A stretch of DNA of 64,000 nt from Candidatus Micrarchaeia archaeon. Its GTDB lineage: Archaea; Micrarchaeota; Micrarchaeia; CABMEP01. Position numbers and translations under genes: made by a program. This document shows positions 30,010 to 39,609 of the stretch, piece by piece; the stretch's first letter is position 1; every line of letters begins with the position of its first letter. The notes beneath the pieces are model-generated. The model made no database searches and was not told where the DNA came from. It was given only the letters and a program-made list of their open reading frames with translations. Where the stretch lies: contig JAVZPM010000003.1 in NCBI GenBank assembly GCA_038881595.1, forward strand, positions 18,305-82,304, written 5' to 3'.

Positions 30010-31032
30010 CTAAGATTTCTTACTTACTCTTAGTCTACTTCTTTTAATTAATCTTGTACCATATTGAAGTGGATTCCTATGCCCTTTTTCACCAAGGCAA
30101 CCACATTCTGGAAGCCTCAAACCGTATGATTCCATCATCTGACATGAAGGCGGATTGTAACCCTTTTTTGCTATGAACTCAACTTGATATCTAGCTATCT
30201 TCTCATCAAAGTTTGGAGTGTTAGTAAATACTTCGACTACCTCATCTATAGATTTTCCTCTCTTAAGAAGATAAGATGCGATTGCAACTCTTGCAAAATG
30301 TGGAAGATTTTCTCCATTTCTTGCTCTTTCTAAAATCTTAGCCATACATGGAGCGATTTCTCCTGTAGACTTCGCAAACATAACTGCTACTTTTTCCTTT
30401 GCTTCCCTTCTTTTGTTAACCTCTGCCTCTATTTCTTTTGCCACCTGCTCTATATTGCTCAATATTTCTTTAGGGAAATTCTCTTTTGGAATCGGAATAC
30501 CTGATTCTATGTTTTGTCGTATAACTTCTGAAATAAAGGACATGAATGTAGCTTCATTCAGTAATATCTTTCCACCCTTGAGATTTTGAAAAACTAATCT
30601 TCCTTCTTCTGTTTTTGGAACATAGAGAAGATATTTCTCTACCGATATATTTAAACCATCTAATTCTATGTCCATATCTCTAGCAACTCTCTTAGCTTCT
30701 TCAATATAGTCAGGATTATCTGCAGTTATGTTTGCTAATGCACGCTTGACTTCATTATTTATGAACTTATTTCTTACTTGTGAATCAAAAAGTGAAATTA
30801 TCATTCTTGATAGCGGATATGAGACTAGATATTTCTCATATGTTGATTCATCACCGATTACTAAAACTGAAACCTTCTCGTCAAAAAGAGCTTCCATTAT
30901 ACGCTTCTTTGCAAACTGAATTTTTTCATAATCAATCTTGAAACTGCTTTGTGACAGAATCTGTTTTGCTGTTTTTGAAAATGGATATCTAGCAGCAAAT
31001 CTAAGTTGATCTAACTTTTTTGAATCAATCAT
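30010..31032 (-). CDS. priL: DNA primase large subunit
   Basis: ARYPF, APCM, LPHFAR, YQVEFI, YNPPSC with FeS cysteines. Confidence 0.93.
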   Translation of the reverse strand: MIDSKKLDQLRFAARYPFSKTAKQILSQSSFKIDYEKIQFAKKRIMEALFDEKVSVLVIGDESTYEKYLVSYPLSRMIISLFDSQVRNKFINNEVKRALANITADNPDYIEEAKRVARDMDIELDGLNISVEKYLLYVPKTEEGRLVFQNLKGGKILLNEATFMSFISEVIRQNIESGIPIPKENFPKEILSNIEQVAKEIEAEVNKRREAKEKVAVMFAKSTGEIAPCMAKILERARNGENLPHFARVAIASYLLKRGKSIDEVVEVFTNTPNFDEKIARYQVEFIAKKGYNPPSCQMMESYGLRLPECGCLGEKGHRNPLQYGTRLIKRSRLRVSKKS

Positions 31033-31067
31033 TTTCCCACACATGAGATATTCAAGAGGATTACGAA

Positions 31068-31136
31068 GATCAGCTTATCCTCTTGTCTTCACGGCTTGCA
31101 AAATTGCAGCTCAGCAATACCTCGTATCATCATTAG
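31068..31136 (-). ncRNA. C/D-box guide sRNA
   Basis: ATGATGA (C, 31133-31127), 12-nt guide, CTGA (D', 31114-31111), spacer hairpin, GTGAAGA (C', 31092-31086), 12-nt guide, CTGA (D, 31073-31070). Confidence 0.8.
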
Positions 31137-31232
31137 ATTAATTTTTACAAGAAACATTTTATATTTCTTTTCTAACTTCATTTCTAGTGAATATTACCAT
31201 AATGAATATTATTTAGCTATATGAGTGATTAA

Positions 31233-31823
31233 ATGCTTTTTGAAAAATCTGAAGAAAAAACACTTAAAAAGATTAGAGAATGGATAGGGATAAATTTTGC
31301 AAAATTAAATATATCTCCAAACACTTGGACTATTTTGTCTCTAGGATTTGCGATAACAGCATTTTTGTTCATAGTCAATAGATATTTTTTAGTGGGTGCA
31401 TTTTTAATAATTATTTCTGGTTTAATGGATTTAATTGATGGTGCAGTTGCAAGAAAAACTAAAAAAGTTACAAGGTTCGGTGCATTTTTAGACACTGTAA
31501 TTGACAGATATAACGAATTTCTCTTTATATTTCCTCTCGTATTTATTCAATGGCAGCCCATTGTATTTGATTTTAAAGTATGGATCTTTTTGTTTTTATT
31601 TGGATCTATGATCACTACATATGTAAAATCAGCTGCAGCAGAAAAGAAGTTGAAAAAAGAACTTAGAGGTGGAATACTTGAAAGAGCTGAGAGAGTTGGA
31701 CTTTACACTGTAAGTTTGATTATAGCGGAGTTTAATGTTACTATTTTTCAGTATTTAATTATAATACTCGCTATTTTATCTAATATAAGCGCAGTACAAA
31801 GAATTATAAAGGCAATTAGATAA
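31233..31823 (+). CDS. CDP-alcohol phosphatidyltransferase (archaetidylinositol-phosphate synthase-like)
   Basis: DLIDGAVAR...GAFLDTVIDR motif, GILERAER. Confidence 0.92.
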   Translation: MLFEKSEEKTLKKIREWIGINFAKLNISPNTWTILSLGFAITAFLFIVNRYFLVGAFLIIISGLMDLIDGAVARKTKKVTRFGAFLDTVIDRYNEFLFIFPLVFIQWQPIVFDFKVWIFLFLFGSMITTYVKSAAAEKKLKKELRGGILERAERVGLYTVSLIIAEFNVTIFQYLIIILAILSNISAVQRIIKAIR

Positions 31824-31834
31824 AGGATGAAAAA

Positions 31835-32917
31835 ATGCGAATAATAGCACATATAGATATGGACAGTTTCTTTACGGCATGTGAAGTATTGAGAAGGCCA
31901 GAGTTAAAAGGAAAACCTATAATTGTAGGTGCGGACCCAAAAGAAGGAAAAGGCAGAGGTGTCGTGAGCACTGCCTCTTATGAAGCTAGAAAATTTGGAA
32001 TTACATCAGGAATGCCCATATCTATCGCTTACCGCAAATGCCCACAATGTATATTTCTCCCAGTTGATTTTGAATACTACTTAGAAGTTTCGAATAAAGT
32101 AATGAGAATACTGCAAAGATTCGGCAACAAGATTGAAATAGCAAGTATAGATGAAGCATATATAGATATAAGCCATATAGGAGATTATAAAGATGCTAAG
32201 AAAATTGCAGAAAATATAAAAAACGAAATAAGAAAAATAGGTTTAACCTGTTCAATCGGGATAGGACCGAATAAATTAATTGCAAAAATTGCATCTGATT
32301 ACAATAAACCTGACGGTTTAACTGTAGTGAAACCAAATGAAGTTGATGAATTCTTAAATCCATTGAATGTGCGAGTTATCCCTGGAATCGGACCTAAGAC
32401 AAGTGAATTTCTTAAAGAGAGAAATATAAAAACAATCTCTGACTTAAAGAAAATTAGTAAATTAACATTAAAGAGCTGGCTAGGTAAATTTGGAGAAGAC
32501 GTATATTATTATGCAAGAGGAATTGATGATTCTGAATTGATAACTGAATATTCTCCAAAATCTTTTAGCAGAGAACATACTTTTGAAAAAGATACTGACA
32601 ACATGGATGAGATAATTGAGGTGATTGATGCCATAAGTAGTGAATTACAAGACGAATGTATAAAAGAGAATGTAGAATTCAAAACCGTTACTTTGAAAGT
32701 GAGATTCAAAGGGTTTGAAACATATACAAGAAGTGTAACTTTAGATCAGTATTCAAAAAGAAAGGAGGATATAAAGAAAATAGGATTAAATCTCTTATCT
32801 GAATTTTATCCATTTGAAAAAAAGATTAGACTTATTGGGTTAAAAATCTCTAATTTAAAAAGTAAAAATAAAAAGAACCATTCAGAAGTAAAAATAAGCG
32901 ACTATATTGAAGTCTAA
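31835..32917 (+). CDS. dinB: DNA polymerase IV (Y family)
   Basis: HIDMDSFF, STASYEAR, SIDEAYID, AKIASDYNKPDG, IRLIGL. Confidence 0.96.
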   Translation: MRIIAHIDMDSFFTACEVLRRPELKGKPIIVGADPKEGKGRGVVSTASYEARKFGITSGMPISIAYRKCPQCIFLPVDFEYYLEVSNKVMRILQRFGNKIEIASIDEAYIDISHIGDYKDAKKIAENIKNEIRKIGLTCSIGIGPNKLIAKIASDYNKPDGLTVVKPNEVDEFLNPLNVRVIPGIGPKTSEFLKERNIKTISDLKKISKLTLKSWLGKFGEDVYYYARGIDDSELITEYSPKSFSREHTFEKDTDNMDEIIEVIDAISSELQDECIKENVEFKTVTLKVRFKGFETYTRSVTLDQYSKRKEDIKKIGLNLLSEFYPFEKKIRLIGLKISNLKSKNKKNHSEVKISDYIEV

Positions 32918-32956
32918 TCAAAGAATAAAATTTTTATTATACAGTTTTGTTATTAA

Positions 32957-34147
32957 CTATTCTTCTTTTAGCAAAATTGACATCTGCCTTTGAATATCCG
33001 ACATCTGAGATTTGTATTCTTCATAAAGAAATTCGAGATCTTGTTCAGTCCTTTGAATTTCTAATTTTACTTTATTATTTCTCTCTTCTTTTAGTACTGA
33101 TATCTTTTGTTCGATAGAATTCAGTTCTTCTATATATTCCTTTTCTTTCTTTGCCAATTCATTTATTTCTCTTTTGATAGCTCTTCTCTTTAGATAATCA
33201 ATTACAAATCTATCATACATGCCAACTGTAACTAAAAAGATCAATGCAGCGGCAAGACCTTGGACTATGGTAAAGTTAGCTGATATAAAGTCACTGACTA
33301 ATGAAAACTTTGCTATTTTGTCTTTAATAAATAATTTAAATTGTTCTGTCTTGACCAATTCAGTTGCACCGAAAAATGCGACTATATACGATGCAACTAT
33401 ATGTGCTGCCTGCCATAATTTCTTTAAAGAAAGAATATTTTTAACTGCATCTTTGATTTTTGTGAGTGATTTAACATTTGAATCTAAAAGCTGGTTATAT
33501 TCTTTGATTTTTTCCAACTGCATTACTCGATTTCCATTCAATTTCTGCTTTACATCATTAAGTTTGTATTTTGATTCTGAAATTTCTTTTTCAATAGGGA
33601 TTATTTCTACTCTTATTTTCTGTATATTTGAACTTAATATCTTTAAATATTCTTCATAATAGTTGTGCATGATATCTCTTTTTGCTCTTAGTAATTCATA
33701 GAATTGATTTCTTACTTTCTTTCCCTTACCCTTCAATGCAATTAGATCCTCCTTTGCTTTTCTTTCCATAAGTTCTATCTGGATTTTCTTATTAGTCTCA
33801 ATGTTTTCATAATAATAAGGCCAAGAGTCTTCTGCCCTCTTCATATTTTTTGGAATTAAAAATATATTAGAAAGGATCATAGAACCTATCCTATGATCAG
33901 GGGTTGAAGATGTGATTATCATTTTAGAAATATCTATCGGTATATTCAAATTAGCAGCATCTATCTGTTCTGGAGTTGGAATATTGTTTGAAAAATAAAG
34001 ATTTCTCTCTTCTTTTGGTACGCCAAAATTATGGTAATTAGTATTAAAATTAGTTGAATCAGAAATCTGATTCTGAAATGGATCTATAATTTTTTTGTCT
34101 AATTTTTCTTGCTCCTTTCTCTTCTTGAAGAACTCCCACATTCCCAT
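32957..34147 (-). CDS. Hypothetical coiled-coil membrane protein
   Basis: Long ORF with two hydrophobic segments between coiled coils. Confidence 0.7.
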   Translation of the reverse strand: MGMWEFFKKRKEQEKLDKKIIDPFQNQISDSTNFNTNYHNFGVPKEERNLYFSNNIPTPEQIDAANLNIPIDISKMIITSSTPDHRIGSMILSNIFLIPKNMKRAEDSWPYYYENIETNKKIQIELMERKAKEDLIALKGKGKKVRNQFYELLRAKRDIMHNYYEEYLKILSSNIQKIRVEIIPIEKEISESKYKLNDVKQKLNGNRVMQLEKIKEYNQLLDSNVKSLTKIKDAVKNILSLKKLWQAAHIVASYIVAFFGATELVKTEQFKLFIKDKIAKFSLVSDFISANFTIVQGLAAALIFLVTVGMYDRFVIDYLKRRAIKREINELAKKEKEYIEELNSIEQKISVLKEERNNKVKLEIQRTEQDLEFLYEEYKSQMSDIQRQMSILLKEE

Positions 34148-34223
34148 GATTAAAACAATCAGATGAAATATATAAATATTTCTATCTCTATTCGACAACT
34201 AACGAAAAGCAAAAAATATATGA

Positions 34224-35639
34224 TTAAGCAAGTTTCCAAATCGTTCCTTCTTTAGTATCATCAAGCAAAATTCCCTTTTCTTTAAGTTTATTTCTTATTT
34301 CATCTGCTTTAGCAAAATCTTTTCGCTTTCTTGCCTCGTTTCTTTCTTGAATTAATCTTTCAATCTCTTCCTTTGGAATCGGAAGCTGCTCTTCTTTTTT
34401 CTTCATATAATCAAGGATGCCTAGAACTTCGTCAAAATAAAACATTGCTTTCTTTACTTCCCTAGCATTGTCAATTCCCAATTGTTTTTCTTTCATAAGA
34501 ATATTTATTTCTCTTATAAAATCGAATACTATTGCGATTGCTTGAGGAGTATTAAAATCATTTTCCAATGCCATATCGAATTTATTCTTTACTTCTTCTA
34601 TAATTTGCTTAACATCTGGATTATTATATTCATTCTTTACCAGATCAAGATTTCGCATGAATTCAAAAATCCTATTAACTGAATTCTGGGCAGCTTCAAG
34701 TGCTTCCATTGAAAGATTTAATTGCTCTCTATAGTGGGATGAAATAAATAAGTATCTAACTGCTTCTGGCTTTACTCCCATATCAAGAACATCTTTAAGG
34801 GTCCAGAAATTACCCAATGATTTTGACATCTTTTGACCATTTATTAGAATATGCGCATTATGTAGCCAATATTTTACAAATGGCTTTCCTGTTGCTCCCT
34901 CTGCCTGTGCAATCTCGTTTTCATGATGTGGAAAGATTAGATCCACCCCTCCACAATGAATATCAAAAGACTCTCCGAGGTATTTCATTGACATTGCTGA
35001 ACATTCTATATGCCAACCGGGTCTTCCTCTTCCGATTTCAGTATCCCAATAAACATCTCCATCTTCAGGAGTCCATGCCTTCCATAATGCAAAATCAAAA
35101 ACCTGATCTTTTGCGTATTCATCTGCGCTTACTCTTCCACTAGCCCCTGCTTTAAGTTGTGAAATATCCATATGAGAAAGCTTACCGTAGTCTTTAAATG
35201 CAGAAACTCTATAGTATATTGAACCATCTGCTCCTTTGTAAGCGATTCCAAGATTCATCAGCCGTTTTATGAGATTTACCATCTCTTTTATGTGTTCTGT
35301 AGCCTTTGGATGGATATCTGCTTTCTTTATGTTCAATGTTTCAAGATCATTAAAGAAAATTTGAGTGTATCTTTCTGTAAATTCTTTTAGAGAGATTCCC
35401 TCCTGCTGAGAACCTTTTATTGTTTTGTCATCGACATCTGTAATATTCATTACGAAAGTGAGTCTGTATCCTTTATGAATTAAAGTTCTTCTTACTATAT
35501 CGTAAAATGTAAATGCACGAAGATTTCCTAGATGGGCATAATTATATACTGTCGGCCCACAGCAATACATTTTTACATGATTGTCTTCTAAAGGCTTAAA
35601 ATGTTCAAGTTTTCTTGACAATGTATTATAAACTAGCAT
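34224..35639 (-). CDS. cysS: Cysteine--tRNA ligase
   Basis: CGPTVYNYAHLGN, PGWHIECSAM, FPHHENE, KMSKS. Confidence 0.98.
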   Translation of the reverse strand: MLVYNTLSRKLEHFKPLEDNHVKMYCCGPTVYNYAHLGNLRAFTFYDIVRRTLIHKGYRLTFVMNITDVDDKTIKGSQQEGISLKEFTERYTQIFFNDLETLNIKKADIHPKATEHIKEMVNLIKRLMNLGIAYKGADGSIYYRVSAFKDYGKLSHMDISQLKAGASGRVSADEYAKDQVFDFALWKAWTPEDGDVYWDTEIGRGRPGWHIECSAMSMKYLGESFDIHCGGVDLIFPHHENEIAQAEGATGKPFVKYWLHNAHILINGQKMSKSLGNFWTLKDVLDMGVKPEAVRYLFISSHYREQLNLSMEALEAAQNSVNRIFEFMRNLDLVKNEYNNPDVKQIIEEVKNKFDMALENDFNTPQAIAIVFDFIREINILMKEKQLGIDNAREVKKAMFYFDEVLGILDYMKKKEEQLPIPKEEIERLIQERNEARKRKDFAKADEIRNKLKEKGILLDDTKEGTIWKLA

Positions 35640-35742
35640 AAGATCACAAATAAAAAATGAGCAAAAAGATATAAAAAGATAATAGAAAATAAAGGATTTC
35701 AAGTGCCTCTAAAGATACATAAGGAAGAGATTCAAAGAATAC

Positions 35743-35981
35743 TTATATTTTCAGATGGAAATAAGACTCTTTGTTTGGACTAAAACCTTCCTTTAAAAAT
35801 TCCTTTATTGTTTTTATGTCATTGTCTACAATTGCATAATAAAAGTCCCACAACTTTTGATTTTTTTCATCATAATCCTTCATTTTAGAAATCTCATCTT
35901 TTTCATATCTTTAAATGATTCAAATTTCTTTTTCAGATTTGTCTTTATCTACCTTCTTAAAGTTTTCCCTCTTATCACCAT
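35743..35981 (-). pseudogene. Short ankyrin-like gene remnant
   Basis: 46-codon fragment 35883-35743 with FYYAIVDNDIKTIKEFLKEGFSPN (ankyrin-like); broken frame upstream. Confidence 0.35.
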
Positions 35982-36053
35982 TAAAGTGTAAAATAAGACT
36001 AATAAGAAAACAACACCCATATAAAAACTTTTTGTTTGCAGATATAACCAAAA

Positions 36054-36377
36054 TTAGTATTCAATATAGAATAGATCTTCTTTTAACTTGTAATCAACAT
36101 AATTTTTATCTGAAGGAAAGAAAACCTTAACTTCCTCTACAATAATTAAAAATTCATTTAAAGAAATCTGTCTTATAAAATCATCAAACTGCTCCTTTGA
36201 ATCTGCTTCACAAAAAATTTCAACATCGTTATTATCTAGATTTCTTACAAAACCTCTTATACCTAATTTTCGAGCTTGTCTTGCTGTCCTAAATCGATAT
36301 CCTACACCTTGAACAGAACCAGAAACTATTATTCTAGCTTTTATCTTATTTGAAATATTATTCATTTCTTTTTCCAT
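36054..36377 (-). CDS. acyP: Acylphosphatase
   Basis: VSGSVQGVGYR, GFVRNL. Confidence 0.92.
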   Translation of the reverse strand: MEKEMNNISNKIKARIIVSGSVQGVGYRFRTARQARKLGIRGFVRNLDNNDVEIFCEADSKEQFDDFIRQISLNEFLIIVEEVKVFFPSDKNYVDYKLKEDLFYIEY

Positions 36378-36420
36378 AACCAAACCTATAAAATAAATTT
36401 GGTAACTGACAAGAAGAAAA

Positions 36421-36491
36421 AGCCAGGTGAGGGAGTCGAACCCCCCTTTCCCGCTCTGCAGGCGGGTGCATCGCCGCTCTGCCAACCTGGC
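36421..36491 (-). tRNA. tRNA-Cys(GCA)
   Basis: GCCAGGT/ACCTGGC acceptor, CCCGC-CTGCAGA-GCGGG anticodon arm, TTCGA loop, U73 discriminator. Confidence 0.93.
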
Positions 36492-36569
36492 GATAAAAAG
36501 AATTGACACTATATAAATAATAGTAAAAGTTTTTTAACCTTAATAAATAATTTATAAACAAGTGATTAT

Positions 36570-36890
36570 ATGCAAATAGATCCGAGACAACTTCAAAAAA
36601 TGATGAAACAGATGGGAATTGATACAGAAGAGATATCTGCAAATCGGGTTATAATCGAACAGGATGACAAAAAGATAATTCTTAATGATCCAAAAATAAT
36701 AAAGGTAAATGCAAAAGGAGATATCTCTTTCCAAATAAGTGCTGAAGAAATAAAAGAAGAAATGATGATATCAAATGAAGACATAGAGCTAGTATCTAAA
36801 CAAGCAGGAGTAGATAAAGAAACCGCAAGGAAAGCATTAGAGGAGAGCAGTGGTGATGTTGCAGAGGCAATAATGAAGCTGAAAAAATAA
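36570..36890 (+). CDS. nac: Nascent polypeptide-associated complex protein
   Basis: PRQLQKMMKQMGI, EDIELV..Q, GDVAEAIMKL UBA-like tail. Confidence 0.95.
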   Translation: MQIDPRQLQKMMKQMGIDTEEISANRVIIEQDDKKIILNDPKIIKVNAKGDISFQISAEEIKEEMMISNEDIELVSKQAGVDKETARKALEESSGDVAEAIMKLKK

Positions 36891-36907
36891 CAAATAAATA
36901 ACTAAAA

Positions 36908-37711
36908 TTAACTTTTTGTTTCTTTTATCTCTTTTATTATTTTATCTGCATCTGCCTTAATACCAAACTCTGAGAAATATCTTACTAGATTTCTAATGTC
37001 TCTTTCAAAAAATTCATTCGCCATTGGATGATCTAATAGAACAGTTTGTCCCACATCTATTATATGTAACTTACTTTTTTTTCCTTCTGAATCTGTAGTT
37101 ACAAGAATATTATATTCACTTAAATCACTGTGCACAAGTCCAATTGAATAAAGCTTCTTTATTTCTTTTATTATTTGTTTGAAATTTTTCTTTGGCTCTG
37201 GTGGTCCAATTTTTTTAAGCAAAGGGGCGGGAGTACCGTTTTCATCTCCTATAAACTCCATTAAAAGAACATTATTCCTAAAGTAATACGGCTCTGGAAC
37301 ACTTATTCCCTCTTCATAGCAAAGCCTTAGATTTCTAAATTCCTTTTTAGTCCATTCGTAAACTATCTCTTTCTTGGAATGCGGTACCTTTCTAAATCTT
37401 GGATCTCCTCTTATGTAATTCTGCATGTGTTTAAAATCAGATGTTTCTATCATATATATCTTTAAAGCTGCAAACTTAGACTTTTTCTTCTTTAAATCTT
37501 GATTCAAAAGTTTGCTTCCCTTAGTTGCCCTAAAAACATATGCTTCCTTTCCTTTTGAAATTGGAAAATCTATGCTCTCTATATATTTATTATTCAAAAG
37601 ATGAATCAAGATGTCTAAAACCTTAGGATCAAAAACTTCACTCTCGATCTTTTTCCTTTCTTTCCTCGTTTTTATTGCCTTATCTAAAAATTCGAACTCA
37701 TCAATAGGCAT
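36908..37711 (-). CDS. rio1: RIO1-family serine/threonine kinase
   Basis: GKEAYVF, YIRGDPRF, KEFRNL, VHSDLSEYNIL, IIDVGQ. Confidence 0.95.
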   Translation of the reverse strand: MPIDEFEFLDKAIKTRKERKKIESEVFDPKVLDILIHLLNNKYIESIDFPISKGKEAYVFRATKGSKLLNQDLKKKKSKFAALKIYMIETSDFKHMQNYIRGDPRFRKVPHSKKEIVYEWTKKEFRNLRLCYEEGISVPEPYYFRNNVLLMEFIGDENGTPAPLLKKIGPPEPKKNFKQIIKEIKKLYSIGLVHSDLSEYNILVTTDSEGKKSKLHIIDVGQTVLLDHPMANEFFERDIRNLVRYFSEFGIKADADKIIKEIKETKS

Positions 37712-37751
37712 AATCATCCCAAACCAAAATAAACAAAAAGTGAAAAGAATA

Positions 37752-38057
37752 TCATTCTAGATCCTTCAAAAATCCATGTCTTCTAAGCCAATCTGCTTGG
37801 ATCTTTGTATATCTCCAGATTATGTCCCCTTTCTTATCGCTCTCGATTGCCCATGGCTCTACTATAACATAATCCCCTTCTTTAACCCAAATGTCATGTT
37901 TTATTTTTCCTGGCACTCTACACAATCTTTCCTTCTTATCTGAGCATAAAACTATAAATCTGCTTCCACCAACTCTTCCAATAATAAGACCTAAAACCTC
38001 TTTGTCTTTAGGTGTTCTAACTCTAAATCCTTGTTCTCCTTGATTTTGTTCTGTCAA
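37752..38057 (-). CDS. eif1a: Translation initiation factor aIF1A (TTG start)
   Basis: RLCRVPGK, IWVKEGDYVIVEPW, KGDIIWRY. Confidence 0.96.
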   Translation of the reverse strand: MTEQNQGEQGFRVRTPKDKEVLGLIIGRVGGSRFIVLCSDKKERLCRVPGKIKHDIWVKEGDYVIVEPWAIESDKKGDIIWRYTKIQADWLRRHGFLKDLE

Positions 38058-38096
38058 TAAACCACCGTATTAAATGAAACTAATAAATATTATTGA

Positions 38097-38519
38097 TTAG
38101 ACTTTTGGAACTGATGAACGAGCACCACATGCTTCGCAAATCATTATCATAAGACCTCTTTCAACTTCTTCTAACCTTGTATCTGGAAGCTTGCATTGCT
38201 TACAGTAAAGGAATATCTCCATGTATTGCTTGAGCTTTTCATTTAAGAGCTTATCATTTACTTTTGTATTTAAAATAAGCTTACCTCCTTCTATATTAAA
38301 ACTTGTTGCCAATTCCTTTGCAAGAAATTTTCCAACGTGCCTTGGATCTCTCCTCATCTTGTTTGTTATTGATTCAAAATTCTTTACGATAGTCTTATTT
38401 CCTTGAACAAGCGTCTCTGGAACTGGAATTTCTAAACGTTCTTTTGTAACTCTTTTTTCTGGAAGTTCTGAATACGCCTTGTCAAGCAATTTTTCATAAT
38501 CATTTATATCGATGCTCAT
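38097..38519 (-). CDS. eif2b: Translation initiation factor aIF2 beta
   Basis: GNKTIVKNF, KELAT, CKQCKLPDT...CEACGA. Confidence 0.96.
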   Translation of the reverse strand: MSIDINDYEKLLDKAYSELPEKRVTKERLEIPVPETLVQGNKTIVKNFESITNKMRRDPRHVGKFLAKELATSFNIEGGKLILNTKVNDKLLNEKLKQYMEIFLYCKQCKLPDTRLEEVERGLMIMICEACGARSSVPKV

Positions 38520-38606
38520 AAAATCACAAACTAATATGTAAAACTGTATTATACTATTGTTATTAAGATTTATAAAGAATAAACATTGTCATATTGATAT
38601 ATTATT

Positions 38607-39491
38607 TTAATAAAAAGACGTATTTAATATACCCAGCAATCCTGAAACAATTAAAATTGCAATGAGAGACACACCAACTATATAGGGGAGAGCTGGCATT
38701 ATCTCTTTACTTCTAGCTGCATTAATAAAAACTAGATAAAGCCCTAATGTTGAGGCAAGCATTGATATGGTTGGAAAGATTAAGCCTCCGAGTTTATAAG
38801 ATACTACTGTTATCATAGATGCAACAGCCGCATCACCAGTTCCTAATTCTATATGCCAAGGCTGTTCCTTTGATATGATCTTTCCTTGCTCCCTGATTTT
38901 TATCTGTCTTGTTCCCTCAAACCCAATTGAAAAAGATGTCTTCTCTTTCATGAAGTACTGAGCAAACTTTACCATATGCTTTGTCCATCTTACAGCGAGT
39001 ATATCATAGATTGCAAGTAAAATAACGAATATAAACAAAGGAATTGGATCAATTGAGAATGCGATTACTGCACCTATGCCTGCTGCTGCAATCATTGCAA
39101 GAAGGTTTCTAAAAGAAATGAAGATCATCCTTAATATAAATAATAATAAAGAAAGTATAAGTGCTATAAAATCTGCATAACCTATATTAAATGCAGATAG
39201 AAAAACGAAAAAAACGACAAACGAAGCAAATATTGCAGAGATAAATTCAACTATGAGTATTAAGTATTTTTTGAAAGGCATTAATAATAGAATTAGTATC
39301 AAAGCAGCACCTATAAGAATTGATACTAAAAGATAGAATGAATTTGATATTGAACGAGATTCATCTGGAGCAATATTTAATGCATAAAGGGCTGGATTTG
39401 TTTTAGCTCCTTCAATAAGAAGAACGCCCACCCCTAACGAAATTAGCTGTGTCAGTAGAAACAAAATCAAAACAATATCTAATGGTTTCAT
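38607..39491 (-). CDS. Presenilin-family intramembrane aspartyl protease
   Basis: Multi-TM; YDILAV..TKHM, LGTGD, PALP motifs. Confidence 0.92.
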   Translation of the reverse strand: MKPLDIVLILFLLTQLISLGVGVLLIEGAKTNPALYALNIAPDESRSISNSFYLLVSILIGAALILILLLMPFKKYLILIVEFISAIFASFVVFFVFLSAFNIGYADFIALILSLLLFILRMIFISFRNLLAMIAAAGIGAVIAFSIDPIPLFIFVILLAIYDILAVRWTKHMVKFAQYFMKEKTSFSIGFEGTRQIKIREQGKIISKEQPWHIELGTGDAAVASMITVVSYKLGGLIFPTISMLASTLGLYLVFINAARSKEIMPALPYIVGVSLIAILIVSGLLGILNTSFY

Positions 39492-39609
39492 TCTAACCAC
39501 TTAAAATAATGAACTGAAAATTGACTATAATATTAACTCATATTTTTATTTGAAGTGATAAATTTAAAATAATATTCAAAATCAGAAGCAAGATTAATTA
39601 TTAGATTAG

